DNA of 64,000 nucleotides, from the NCBI GenBank assembly GCA_052246995.1, contig JBQPWD010000001.1, forward strand, positions 128,001 to 192,000, given 5' to 3'. Below are positions 20,205 through 30,070 of the stretch, in pieces; position 1 is the stretch's first letter; each line of letters starts with the position of its first letter. Source of the stretch: Candidatus Bathyarchaeota archaeon. GTDB taxonomy: Archaea; Thermoproteota; Bathyarchaeia; Hecatellales; Hecatellaceae. The notes beneath the pieces are model-generated. The model saw nothing but the letters and a program-made list of their open reading frames with translations. It ran no database searches and was not told the origin of the DNA. The position numbers and the translations under genes were made by a program.

Positions 20205-20543
20205 TTAACCTCTCTCAATATGTTCAATAAATTCTTCAGGTGCGTATTGTAGGATCCCTCTAGCTTGGTATGCGAATCCGTTGGCTACAAGAACCTTTAC
20301 AACCCTGTCTACCCAAATTCGTTGCCTTAGAAGTATCTCTAAAGCTTTAGTGTAGTTTCGGTTTAGCTGTCTAACAGCCAACCTCTGTTGCTTACTAGAG
20401 AGGACGTAGTTTTTACATTCAACAAGATACGCTATACTCCCTCTAACAGCCAAAATATCGCATTTATTTTTCCGAAGCCAAACGATGTAACCTCTCCGCC
20501 TAAAGGCCTCGGCAACCCTCTCCTCAAGTTCACTACCACTCAA
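20205..20543 (-). CDS. Small PD-(D/E)XK nuclease-fold protein (Hjc/Mrr-like)
   Basis: Motifs ELEERVAEAFRRRGY, DILA and VECK. Confidence 0.78.
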   Translation of the reverse strand: MSGSELEERVAEAFRRRGYIVWLRKNKCDILAVRGSIAYLVECKNYVLSSKQQRLAVRQLNRNYTKALEILLRQRIWVDRVVKVLVANGFAYQARGILQYAPEEFIEHIERG

Positions 20544-20689
20544 CCTATACCACTTCTACAACAATCTTGTCTTTCCATCTTTAAGGTAAAATAAAACGGT
20601 GAAGTTCTTCACCTTTTCTTCAACACTTCTAGCGTTTCAGTTTAAGGTTAGTTTGTTTCTTGTAAAGCCGTGTAGGAATGTTTAGTTCT

Positions 20690-20708
20690 CTTTGTAAAAC
20701 TTACAAAG
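20690..20708 (-). terminator. Perfect 8-bp hairpin immediately 3' of tRNA-Arg(GCG)
   Basis: CTTTGTAA-AAC-TTACAAAG. A terminator or processing role is inferred, not shown. Confidence 0.35.
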
Positions 20709-20709
20709 G

Positions 20710-20788
20710 TGGCGGGCCCGGTGGGACTTGAACCCACGACCTCCGGCTCCGCAGGCCAGCGTCCTATTCCTTGCTAGACGACGGGCCC
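20710..20788 (-). tRNA. tRNA-Arg(GCG), CCA encoded, no intron
   Basis: The reverse complement GGGCCCG...CTGGC-CT-GCG-GA-GCCGG...GTTCAAGTC...CGGGCCCGCCA folds into a cloverleaf. Confidence 0.97.
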
Positions 20789-20901
20789 TTAATTTAGGTC
20801 TTGTTTAATATTGTTAGTGTGTTTTAAGACTAAATGTTTTTTGTTTATTTCAAAAAATGTTAAATTTAGCTGTGTTACATCTTAGTTGATGGTTTAATCG
20901 T

Positions 20902-22554
20902 GTGGTAGACTTGGCTACAGATGTTCATGAGGATTACTGGCTGTTTAAGATTGTTAGGGAGCTTGAAAATGTTAAAGATGAAAAAATAGTTTTTAGCACT
21001 GCTAAAACTCCAAGCGGTCCTATACATATAGGTGTTGGTAGGGAGCTTGTTTATTGTGCAGTGCTTGAAAAAGCTCTTAGAGAGGAAAGGGGAAGAAAAA
21101 CCGAGTTTCTATTTTTTGTTGATGATTTTGACTCGCTTAAAAGTTTTCCACCAAACACTCCAAAGGAGTTTAGTTCTCATAAAGAGTTTATTGGTAGACC
21201 TATGCACCTCGTTCCCTGTCCATATAATCATTGTGAAAGTTGGGGTAAACACTATGCTGAAGAGTTGATTAACAACTTTCCAGACTTCGGTTTTTATCCG
21301 AAAATTATCTGGTCTCATGAGCTTTACCAAACACCTGAAATGAAAAACATTATAAGGCTAGCTTTAAACAAGGTTGATGAAATCAGAAGCATCATGGTTG
21401 AAGTTGTAGGCCCAACTCTTAATGAAGAACAGTTTAAACGTTTTTGCAAGGATATAGAGAAATGGTATCCCTGTCTTGTTTTATGTGAAAACTGCCTAAA
21501 ACTTAAAACAACGGTTGTAACCGGGTGGTTTCCTTCTACTGACACGTTAACCTATTTTTGTGAGGCATGTGGACATAAAGGTGAGGTTAAAGTTAAAGAT
21601 TGGCCTGTAAAATTAAGGTGGAGAGTTGATTGGCCTGCAAAATGGTCTATTTTTAAGGTTACATGTGAACCTGCAGGTAAAGATCATTGCGTTAAGGGTG
21701 GGGCGTATGATACTGGGGAGCAAATAGCCTTAAAAATTTTTAATTGGAAGGGGCCATACCGTATTCCCTATGAATGGATTTTACTTGGAGAAAAAGCTAT
21801 GAAAACTCATAAAGGTATTGCGTTTACATTTTCAGAGTGGATTTCTGTTGCACCACCTGAGGTTTATCGCTACCTTATTCTTAAAGAAGATCCTAAAAAA
21901 CACATAAACTTCCAGCCTGAAAATATTCAGCAACTAATAGATGAGTTTGAGAAAATTGAGAGGATATATTTTAGTGTTGAAAAAGCTTTAAACCCTACAG
22001 AAGAAAAGATGGCTAAGCATGTCTACCCAATTTCAATGGTTTCAGGTCCACCCAAGAAACTGCCTGTTAGACTTCCATACAGATTTGCCACAATTATAGT
22101 TCAGCTTAAACCTTTACTTGGAGAGGAGAAAATTCTTGACAAGTCTTTATTTGTTGTTAAAAAGTTTTATGGTGAGGTTGATACTAGTGAAGCTGTTAAA
22201 GCCATCAGGGAAAGGTTAAAGATGGCTGAATACTGGGTTAAAAATTACGCTCCTGAATGGTTAAAAATAAACATTACCGAATCCGTAGCATCAGATGTTA
22301 AGAAAAGCTTAAGTGAAAAACAAAAAGAAGCTTTAAAAGTTTTTCTTGAAAAATTTACAAGTAAAGAATGGGACGAGGAAGCCTTACAATTTGAAGTTTT
22401 TGAAATAGGTAAAAAGCTTGGTATAGGTGCAAAAATATTTGAAACTTTCTACCTAATTTTCCTAGGCAAAAAATTTGGTCCTAGACTTGCACCATTTCTC
22501 TTATCGCTTGATAAAAACTTTGTCATTAAACGGATAGTAGAAGCCCTAAGCTAG
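20902..22554 (+). CDS. lysS: Class I lysyl-tRNA synthetase
   Basis: Motifs TPSGPIHIG, WRVDWPAKW, EPAGKDH and GPRLAPF, with zinc-binding cysteines. Confidence 0.92.
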   Translation: MVDLATDVHEDYWLFKIVRELENVKDEKIVFSTAKTPSGPIHIGVGRELVYCAVLEKALREERGRKTEFLFFVDDFDSLKSFPPNTPKEFSSHKEFIGRPMHLVPCPYNHCESWGKHYAEELINNFPDFGFYPKIIWSHELYQTPEMKNIIRLALNKVDEIRSIMVEVVGPTLNEEQFKRFCKDIEKWYPCLVLCENCLKLKTTVVTGWFPSTDTLTYFCEACGHKGEVKVKDWPVKLRWRVDWPAKWSIFKVTCEPAGKDHCVKGGAYDTGEQIALKIFNWKGPYRIPYEWILLGEKAMKTHKGIAFTFSEWISVAPPEVYRYLILKEDPKKHINFQPENIQQLIDEFEKIERIYFSVEKALNPTEEKMAKHVYPISMVSGPPKKLPVRLPYRFATIIVQLKPLLGEEKILDKSLFVVKKFYGEVDTSEAVKAIRERLKMAEYWVKNYAPEWLKINITESVASDVKKSLSEKQKEALKVFLEKFTSKEWDEEALQFEVFEIGKKLGIGAKIFETFYLIFLGKKFGPRLAPFLLSLDKNFVIKRIVEALS

Positions 22555-22694
22555 AGTTCTCCGTTTTCTGTACGTCAACATTTTTATGTTATTTTTGTTT
22601 TATATCTACTTAATCAATCCTATTGTTTAGGGTTACTGGATGTTGAAGAATAGAGCATCTTTACCCGAATAATTTTGTTAAGCGGTGGGTTTTC

Positions 22695-23261
22695 ATGAAG
22701 GAAAAAGATGTTAAAAAAGTAAGACTTACAAGAAAAAGTTATCTTGAAATTAACCTTAAGAGTGGTGAATTTTACCTTGTTAGGGATAACTTAAAACGTA
22801 GAGTTTTTATGATGCAACCTGAAACATTTCTAGGCATCATTAAAGGTTTTGAGAAAACTTTTGGTTCGGGATATTCTACTATTACTAAGGTTGGAGCCGA
22901 AAATGCTGGTAGAGAGAGTGCTTACTTAACAACAAAGAACATGAGTTTAGAGGAGAGGCTAAAGTACGTTAAAGCCGTTTTCTCAAGTGTTAGTGGATGG
23001 GGTTTTGGCGTTTATGAACTTGTAAAGTTTGAGCCTGAAAAACCTTATATAAAACTTAGAATACATAACAATGTTTTCGCTTCTAGTGTTAAAGGTAAAG
23101 ATGAAGCTGAAAGTTTTGTAGACCATTACCTGACAGGTTTTCTTCAAGGTTTTTTTTCTGAAATATTTAACAAGAAGCTTAAATGCTACGAAACTTGTTG
23201 CATGGCAAAGGATAAAACGGATTACTGTGAATTTGAACTTTCCCCTGCTGAAGAAGGTTAA
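22695..23261 (+). CDS. V4R domain (hydrocarbon/ligand-binding) protein
   Basis: Motifs GWGFG, GFLQGFFS and ETCCMAK...YCEF. Confidence 0.82.
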   Translation: MKEKDVKKVRLTRKSYLEINLKSGEFYLVRDNLKRRVFMMQPETFLGIIKGFEKTFGSGYSTITKVGAENAGRESAYLTTKNMSLEERLKYVKAVFSSVSGWGFGVYELVKFEPEKPYIKLRIHNNVFASSVKGKDEAESFVDHYLTGFLQGFFSEIFNKKLKCYETCCMAKDKTDYCEFELSPAEEG

Positions 23262-23263
23262 AA

Positions 23264-25219
23264 TTACATTTTTTCTGGTGTTTTTATTCCAAGTAGGTTT
23301 AATCCATTTTTAAGCACAATTTCAACAATTTCAACAAGTTTTAATCTGGTATCTCTTAAATACTCGTTTTCAGCTTTTAAAACTGGAAGTTTATCGTAGA
23401 ATAGGTTAAAACTGTCTGCAACATTATTCAAATATTCAGTTATCACTTCAGGTTTAAGGTTATCGGCAGCTTCACAAAAAACTTCTGGAAAACTTGCAAG
23501 CTTAATTGTAAGGTCTTTTTCTAATGGGTTTGTAAGAACTTCTGAAACTATTTTTTCAGGTTTAAAGTTAACCTTTTTAAGAATGTTTAACGCTCTTGTA
23601 TAAGCATACTGGATGTATGGACCTGCATTTGTTTCAAAGTTTAAAACTTTGCTCCATGTAAAATTAAAAGTTTTTGATGCTGAAACACTAAGCATGGCAT
23701 ATTTTACTGCCCCGATACCTACAACTTCTGCTATCTTTTTTTTCTCCTCCTCTGCTAGTTGTTGTGAACGTTGTGATACTTCCCTATAAGCCATACTTAC
23801 AGCTTCATCAATAAGCTCATTAAAGGTAACATACCTCCCCCTTCTTCTTGACATTTTATACTCTGGGAATCTTACAAGCTCATAAGCGTAATGAATTAAA
23901 TTATCTAATGCTTTATCTATCCCTAAAGCAAGTAAGGCAACTTTTAACTGAAGCTGGGCAAGCTTCTGGTCAACACCTATAACGTTTATTACTTTATCAG
24001 CAAATGCAAATTTTCTTAAATGGTATGCAACATCCCTGGTGGTGTAAAGGCTTGTACCATCACTCCTAACTAAAACCAGATTTGGTATTTCAAGTAAGCT
24101 TTCTCCAAAAAGTTTTTCTTTTACTCCTAATTTTTCAGCAACATCTTTAACATTAAAAACCATAGCTCCATTGCTTGTGAATGTAAAGTTCGTATTTCTA
24201 AGCTTTTCAACAACATCTTTAACTTCCCCACTCCAAACTAGGCTGCTTTCCCAATCCCAGCTATCAAAAAATACGTCAACTCTGCTAAGCGTTTTCTTAA
24301 AACTTTTAATACATTCATCCACAACTTTTTTGATAAGTTTTACAGTTTCCTCCTCCTTAAGCTCATAACTTTTCACAATGTCTTCTATAGCCTTATCAGG
24401 GTTGGCATCCTCGTTTACCTTGTCCCAAATCTTGTAGAAGACATCCTTATCAATGTTTTCAAGCTCAGCTGCAATTGAAACATACTCATCAAGTTTTTCC
24501 CTAATTTTTTTCTCTTCAAACTCATCCTTAACAATTTTAAGCTTTTCCTTTAAACTTTTTATCGTGATTACACAATTTACAGCTGCATAGATAAAACCAA
24601 AAAACCTATCTACATCTTCCTTTATCTCCGGTTGGTTAATGGCCTTATAACCGTAAACTGTTGTTGCAACCTGTTTTCCAACATCGTTAATGTAAAAGTG
24701 TACTTTAACATGATGTCCCCTAGCTTTAAGAATTCTTGCTAGGGCGTCTCCGAGAATTGTATTTCTTGCTGTTCCAGCATGTAAAGGTCCGCTTGGGTTT
24801 GCACTTGTATGCTCAACTATAATTTTTTCAGGTTTATGGGTTTTAATTAAACCATAATTTAACCCAACTTTATCTACAACTTCAACAAGCAACTTAAAAA
24901 GTTTTGATGTAGCAATATAAAAGTTTACATACCCATTTAACGGTTCAACTTTTTCAATAAATTTGAAATCTAACCTCCTCATTTCATTAACAACCCTTAC
25001 TGACAAAGCGTTGGGCTCCTCACCAACAACCTTTGAAACTTCAAAACATAGTGAAGATGCAAAGTTTCCAAATTTTGGTGTTGGCGGTACTGTTAAGAAA
25101 TGTTTTGGTAAAATATAATCTGGGAAAAGTTTTTTAATGGATTTTTCAAGCAAAATTCTACATTCATGTTTTACCATACCTATCGGATTTTGACTTAACT
25201 CTTCTACATTCCACATCAT
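23264..25219 (-). CDS. argS: Arginyl-tRNA synthetase
   Basis: Motifs EHTSANP, RSDGTSLYTTRDVAYH, KMSRRRG and YIQYAYTR. Confidence 0.96.
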   Translation of the reverse strand: MMWNVEELSQNPIGMVKHECRILLEKSIKKLFPDYILPKHFLTVPPTPKFGNFASSLCFEVSKVVGEEPNALSVRVVNEMRRLDFKFIEKVEPLNGYVNFYIATSKLFKLLVEVVDKVGLNYGLIKTHKPEKIIVEHTSANPSGPLHAGTARNTILGDALARILKARGHHVKVHFYINDVGKQVATTVYGYKAINQPEIKEDVDRFFGFIYAAVNCVITIKSLKEKLKIVKDEFEEKKIREKLDEYVSIAAELENIDKDVFYKIWDKVNEDANPDKAIEDIVKSYELKEEETVKLIKKVVDECIKSFKKTLSRVDVFFDSWDWESSLVWSGEVKDVVEKLRNTNFTFTSNGAMVFNVKDVAEKLGVKEKLFGESLLEIPNLVLVRSDGTSLYTTRDVAYHLRKFAFADKVINVIGVDQKLAQLQLKVALLALGIDKALDNLIHYAYELVRFPEYKMSRRRGRYVTFNELIDEAVSMAYREVSQRSQQLAEEEKKKIAEVVGIGAVKYAMLSVSASKTFNFTWSKVLNFETNAGPYIQYAYTRALNILKKVNFKPEKIVSEVLTNPLEKDLTIKLASFPEVFCEAADNLKPEVITEYLNNVADSFNLFYDKLPVLKAENEYLRDTRLKLVEIVEIVLKNGLNLLGIKTPEKM

Positions 25220-25534
25220 AAATGTACACCAATTTTTTCATTAAACTGTTTCTTAACTCTTAACCTTAGGTGGAGTTCTTTATCCAGTTTTAAGCAACTA
25301 TTTTATTATCTTCCCGCTTGATAAGCTTAATACTAACTAAATCTGCTTAGCCTAGCTTCATAAACTTAAAGGTCAACTTTCTGTTTGTTTGGGGTGTTTT
25401 TAGCGGATACACGCTGCATAACTTGGATAAATGTTTATATGCTCCATGGGATTATCTTTACTAGACGGCATGACATAATATTTCGTGTTTTGAATTATTT
25501 TAAATTTCGAAATATTTCTACGACGGTGATTGTC

Positions 25535-27136
25535 TTGAACGGATACAAGGTTGTTCTTACTGCTGATAGAACATTGATGAGTAACTATGGAGGAGGCTTA
25601 TTTTATGGTTTTATTACAACGGCTCCATGTAAAGGCTTCTTTTTTTCACTTCCACAAATGCTTTATACCTTTATCTTTAAACCTGTTAAAGCTGATAAGT
25701 ATGGTAGGGCTCAATTAGCTCCTCATGGTTTAAGAAGGATAGAGGCTGCAATAGTTGAAAGCGGAGTTGTTTCTCCTGAAGAAATTGTTGTTTCACCACC
25801 TGAAAAGCTTAGAAGCGTTGTCGGTGAAAAAACAGCTATAATAGGTATATCAGCAAACGATCCTCTTGGAAAAGGGCCTGCATCAACAACAATTGCTGGT
25901 GAAACTGGGGTTATTCATGAGGAACCTCATACTGCTTTCCAGTTTAGGAAACTGGTTACAAGCAAGGTTGTACAGGATGCAAGGAAAAGGGGTGCTAAGG
26001 TTGTTGTTGGAGGTGCTGGTGCGTGGCAAATAGGGTTAGATGTTATGAAACGTTATGGTATAGATTTTGTTGTTGATGGTGAAGGTGAAATTGTTACGCC
26101 AAAACTTTTTAAGAAGATTTTAAACGGGGAAAAGCTTGAAACACCTAGAATAATAAAAACCAAGTTTGACGAATACCCTGATGCTGACCAAATTCCACTT
26201 TTAAGAGGTGCTACAGTTGGGGGTGTTGTTGAAGTTTCTAGGGGATGTGGACGTGGTTGCCGTTTCTGCACTCCAACTTTAAGAAGGCTTAGACATAGAA
26301 GCATGGAAAACATCATCAAAGATGTTGAAACAAACATAAGGTTTGGGCAAAATGCAATTTGTCTTCATGCTGAAGACTTTTTCAGATATGGTTCCTATGA
26401 TTATGCTGTTAAACATGACAAGGTTATAGAGCTTATTACCAAGATATTAAAACTTAAAGGTTTAAGGTCTCTTGGTCCAAGCCATATAGCTCTAGTTTCT
26501 ATTGCAACTTCACCAAAAACAGCTGAAGCTTTTTCCGAACTTATAATATCAAGGCTAAATCAACCTTGGGTTGCGTATCAAACGGGTATAGAAACAGGTA
26601 GTCCACGTTTAATTGAAATGTACATGGATAAAAAACTCTTCCCCTATAAACCTAAAGATTGGCCTGAAGTTGTGGAAAGAGCTTTTGCAGTTTCTGCGGA
26701 TTATAACCTTATTCCTTGTGCAACAGTTATTGTAAACCTACCTGGCGAAACTGAGGAGGATGTTAATAAAACAATTGAGCTTTTGGAGAAACTTAAACCA
26801 TATAAAAGCTTTATAGCTCCACTACTTTTTGTTCCAGCTAGGAGTGATTTGCACAGGTATAGGTTTATGAGGCTTATTGAGGACGCCAAACCATGGCATA
26901 TTGAGCTTTACAGAACTATTTGGAGACATGATGTAAGGTGGCTTGAATCATTAAGCATAGAATACATTAAACATAACAACCCGTTAACAAAGCTTTTTAT
27001 TAGGATGTTTGTTAAGTACGTTGTAAGCTATGCAAACAGAGTTGCTGAAAAGTTCTTTAATGAAAAACTTAAAAGCTTAGAAAGTAAGCTTCAAAAATTG
27101 GCTTCTCAACAGGTTTTTGGTGTTGTGCGTAATTAA
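25535..27136 (+). CDS. Radical SAM protein with degenerate B12-binding-like N-terminal domain
   Basis: Motifs SRGCGRGCRFC, VVGGAGAWQ, DGEGE and TGIETGS. GGTGA SD before the TTG at 25535 favours this start over 25385. Confidence 0.85.
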   Translation: MNGYKVVLTADRTLMSNYGGGLFYGFITTAPCKGFFFSLPQMLYTFIFKPVKADKYGRAQLAPHGLRRIEAAIVESGVVSPEEIVVSPPEKLRSVVGEKTAIIGISANDPLGKGPASTTIAGETGVIHEEPHTAFQFRKLVTSKVVQDARKRGAKVVVGGAGAWQIGLDVMKRYGIDFVVDGEGEIVTPKLFKKILNGEKLETPRIIKTKFDEYPDADQIPLLRGATVGGVVEVSRGCGRGCRFCTPTLRRLRHRSMENIIKDVETNIRFGQNAICLHAEDFFRYGSYDYAVKHDKVIELITKILKLKGLRSLGPSHIALVSIATSPKTAEAFSELIISRLNQPWVAYQTGIETGSPRLIEMYMDKKLFPYKPKDWPEVVERAFAVSADYNLIPCATVIVNLPGETEEDVNKTIELLEKLKPYKSFIAPLLFVPARSDLHRYRFMRLIEDAKPWHIELYRTIWRHDVRWLESLSIEYIKHNNPLTKLFIRMFVKYVVSYANRVAEKFFNEKLKSLESKLQKLASQQVFGVVRN

Positions 27137-27489
27137 CCACCTTTCCACTCTTCCTCATGTATAAGCTCTGTTATAACGTCTTTTAATGGTCTTCTGAAAA
27201 GCTCTCTTACAGAGTTAAGCAGATTTCTACCTCTTTCAGTTAAGGAGTAATATTTTGCATACCTTCTTCCACGTTTTTTCCAGTTACCCTTAATAAACTT
27301 ATCCTCCTCTAAACCATACAGAATAGGGTAAACAACACTCGTTGGAAGCTTATGGTTTGTTAGTCTTTTAATTTCCTTAACTATCTCATAACCACAGGAA
27401 GGCTTTTTGTTTAAAATCCAAAGTACAATAGAGTTTGAAAGCCCCCTTACAATACTCCTTATAAATTTACTTTGACTATTTTCAGACAT
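27133..27489 (-). CDS. PadR family transcriptional regulator
   Basis: Winged-helix motifs GYEIVKEI, VYPILYGLE and KYYSLTERG. Confidence 0.9.
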   Translation of the reverse strand: MSENSQSKFIRSIVRGLSNSIVLWILNKKPSCGYEIVKEIKRLTNHKLPTSVVYPILYGLEEDKFIKGNWKKRGRRYAKYYSLTERGRNLLNSVRELFRRPLKDVITELIHEEEWKGG

Positions 27490-27633
27490 TTTTATAGCAA
27501 CACTTCTCCTCTTACTGTGTAGTGTAATAGTGGAAAGAAAAGTTTAAGGTTTTCTATACAATAAAAGTGTTTTCCTAAAAATTCAGATATTTGTTTAAAG
27601 TTTATAGGCTTTTGTTTTTAAGTTAGGATATGT

Positions 27634-28089
27634 ATGGAAACTCCAAGCTTAGAAGCATTTCTTATCTTCCTTTTATTATCTCTTCTTCCAACAATCGAGC
27701 TTCGTGGCTCAATACCGTACGGGTTGGTTTACAACTTTAACCCGTACTTCACCGTTATACTGGCAATCATCACAAGTTCCATGGTTTTCTTTCCCATCTA
27801 CCACTTTCTGAATTTTTACCAGAAAAATATGCCTCCTTTTTGCCGAAGCATTGTCGAAAAAACAAGAATTAGGGGTCAAAAGTATGTTGATAAGTATGGT
27901 TTGCTTGGCTTAGCAATCTTTGTTGCAATACCTTTTCCTGGCTCTGGTGTGTGGAGTGGTTCTGTCATTGCATGGCTACTTGGAATTAAATGGTATAAAG
28001 CTTTTATATCAATATTCACTGGAAACATTGTTGCAGGTTTAATGGTTTTCTTGGTAGCTACGGGATTTTTAAGCTTCAAGCTTATGTAA
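27634..28089 (+). CDS. Small multi-drug export family membrane protein (COG2426-like)
   Basis: Motifs PTIELRGSIP and FVAIPFPGSGVWSG. Confidence 0.85.
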   Translation: METPSLEAFLIFLLLSLLPTIELRGSIPYGLVYNFNPYFTVILAIITSSMVFFPIYHFLNFYQKNMPPFCRSIVEKTRIRGQKYVDKYGLLGLAIFVAIPFPGSGVWSGSVIAWLLGIKWYKAFISIFTGNIVAGLMVFLVATGFLSFKLM

Positions 28090-28165
28090 CACTCATGTTT
28101 ACGTAAACTTTAATATGTTTAGACTTTTTACATAAAGTTGTACTTAAAATGGTTATTTTTAGAAG

Positions 28166-29584
28166 GTGAGTTTTACGAGGGTCCTTCTAGTTAACCCTCC
28201 ATGTTTTGATGTTGAGCTTTACTCAACAGCTGGTTTTGTTGCGCCGCCTTTAGGCCTAGCTTATCTTGCAGCTGTTCTTGAGAAGAATTGTTATAATGTT
28301 GAGATTTTAGACCTCCCAGCTTTGAATATTGGTTTGGATATCTTTAAAAAGATTATTGAAAGACGTCCACTAGATATTGTGGGTGTTACAGCAACAACAT
28401 CAACTATCAACTCAGCATATAAAATCATTAAAATTGTTAAGCAAATTTCACCTGAAACGCTTACCGTGTTAGGTGGTGCTCATGTAACATTTGTACCTGA
28501 AAGAACAATGAATGAATGTCCGCAGATTGATGTTGGATGCATAGGTGAGGGTGAATACACCTTTCTCGAGCTTGTTCAAACAGTGGAAAGCGAGGGTTGT
28601 TTGGAGAAGGTTAAAGGTATAGTTTATAGGGATAAGGATGGGTTAATTAGGAAGAACCCTCCAAGATGTTATATTGAGAATCTTGATGAACTTCCATTTC
28701 CTGCTAGACATTTACTTCCAATGGATAAATACAGGGTTTTTAATGAAAAAATGATTATTGGAACAATTTTAACTAGTAGAGGTTGTCCCTTTAACTGTAT
28801 TTTTTGCTCATCATCCCTGCTTTTTGGTAAAAAGTTTAGAGCTAGAAGCCCGGGTAATGTTGTAGACGAGATTGAACAGTTTCAGGAGGCATACAAAACA
28901 AGGTATGTTGAGTTTATAGATGATACGTTTACATTTGATAAAAAGAGGGCTGAAGAAATTTGCAGGGAAATTATTAGGAGGAGGCTTGATGTAAGCTGGG
29001 TTTGTTCATGCAGGGTTGACCTGATACATAGGGAGTTAATGAAGCTTTTAAAGAAAGCTGGGTGTAGAATGATATACTTTGGTGTTGAATCTGGTGTTCA
29101 ACGTGTATTAAATCTTATGAGAAAAGGCATCAAAGTTGAACAAGCTTACAGGGTTATTAAATGGGCTAGGGAAGTAGGTCTTGAAACCGTTGCCTCCTTT
29201 ATTCTAGGAACGCCTGGTGAAACAATGAAGGAAGCATTACAAACAATAAAATTTGCTAAAAAGCTAAATCCAGATTATGCTCAATTTTCTATAGCAACAC
29301 CTTTTCCTGGAACTGAACTTTACAAGATTGCAAAAGAGAGGGGGCTACTTCTTACAGAAGACTGGTCTAAGTACACTGTTTTAGAACCTGTTATGAGAAC
29401 AAAAGAACTTACTGTTAAGCAACTGCAAAAACTTATTAAAAAAGCCTACTTTTCATTCTACCTTCGACCTAAAACAATTTTAAGGTATGTTATTAATGGA
29501 CATTTTAAGAAGCTAATCTTAAATGTTATGAGAAATTATCTTCTCCAAAGTTTTCTAAGAAAACCATTTACATGGGAGTTGTAA
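28166..29584 (+). CDS. Cobalamin-binding radical SAM protein (class B methyltransferase-like)
   Basis: Motifs PPLGLAYLAA, GGAHVT, GEGE, SRGCPFNCIFC, GVESG and TPFPGTEL. Confidence 0.92.
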   Translation: MSFTRVLLVNPPCFDVELYSTAGFVAPPLGLAYLAAVLEKNCYNVEILDLPALNIGLDIFKKIIERRPLDIVGVTATTSTINSAYKIIKIVKQISPETLTVLGGAHVTFVPERTMNECPQIDVGCIGEGEYTFLELVQTVESEGCLEKVKGIVYRDKDGLIRKNPPRCYIENLDELPFPARHLLPMDKYRVFNEKMIIGTILTSRGCPFNCIFCSSSLLFGKKFRARSPGNVVDEIEQFQEAYKTRYVEFIDDTFTFDKKRAEEICREIIRRRLDVSWVCSCRVDLIHRELMKLLKKAGCRMIYFGVESGVQRVLNLMRKGIKVEQAYRVIKWAREVGLETVASFILGTPGETMKEALQTIKFAKKLNPDYAQFSIATPFPGTELYKIAKERGLLLTEDWSKYTVLEPVMRTKELTVKQLQKLIKKAYFSFYLRPKTILRYVINGHFKKLILNVMRNYLLQSFLRKPFTWEL

Positions 29585-29665
29585 CATAGAAACTTTTATT
29601 TGTTAAACCTTAAGATACATTTATAGCAGCCTTATTCCTTCAATTATGCGGGGTTAATAGAAAGG

Positions 29666-29983
29666 TTGAAGAAGATAGCATTAGTAGCAGATGTTGAAAC
29701 TGCAAGCTTTTTTAAGGCTTCAGGGTTAAAACTAGCTTACGGTGTTAAGGATGGTAAAGAAGCTGAAAAGATTATCTGGGATTTGGCTAAAAACCCTGAT
29801 GTGGTTATCCTCATGGTCACCGAAGCTATAGCCGACCAAGTAAAACCTGTACTTGACGAGGTTTCAAGAAAAATTTATCCAACAGTTATTGTTATACCCG
29901 GAAAGGAAGGCCCAATTGTTGGTAGAGAGTCTCCCATTCTTTCTCTTGTAAGAAAAACTATAGGTGTTGAAATTAAGATATAG
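29666..29983 (+). CDS. atpF: A/V-type ATP synthase subunit F
   Basis: Motifs KIALVAD, PTVIVIPG and VRKTIGVEI. Lies directly upstream of subunit A. Confidence 0.92.
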   Translation: MKKIALVADVETASFFKASGLKLAYGVKDGKEAEKIIWDLAKNPDVVILMVTEAIADQVKPVLDEVSRKIYPTVIVIPGKEGPIVGRESPILSLVRKTIGVEIKI

Positions 29984-30070
29984 TAGAGACTGTAATAACA
30001 GTAAAGTTTTTAATTGTTTTAAGTTTAATGTTTTACGTGGCGTGAAAATGAGTGTTTAGAGGAGGTAACC

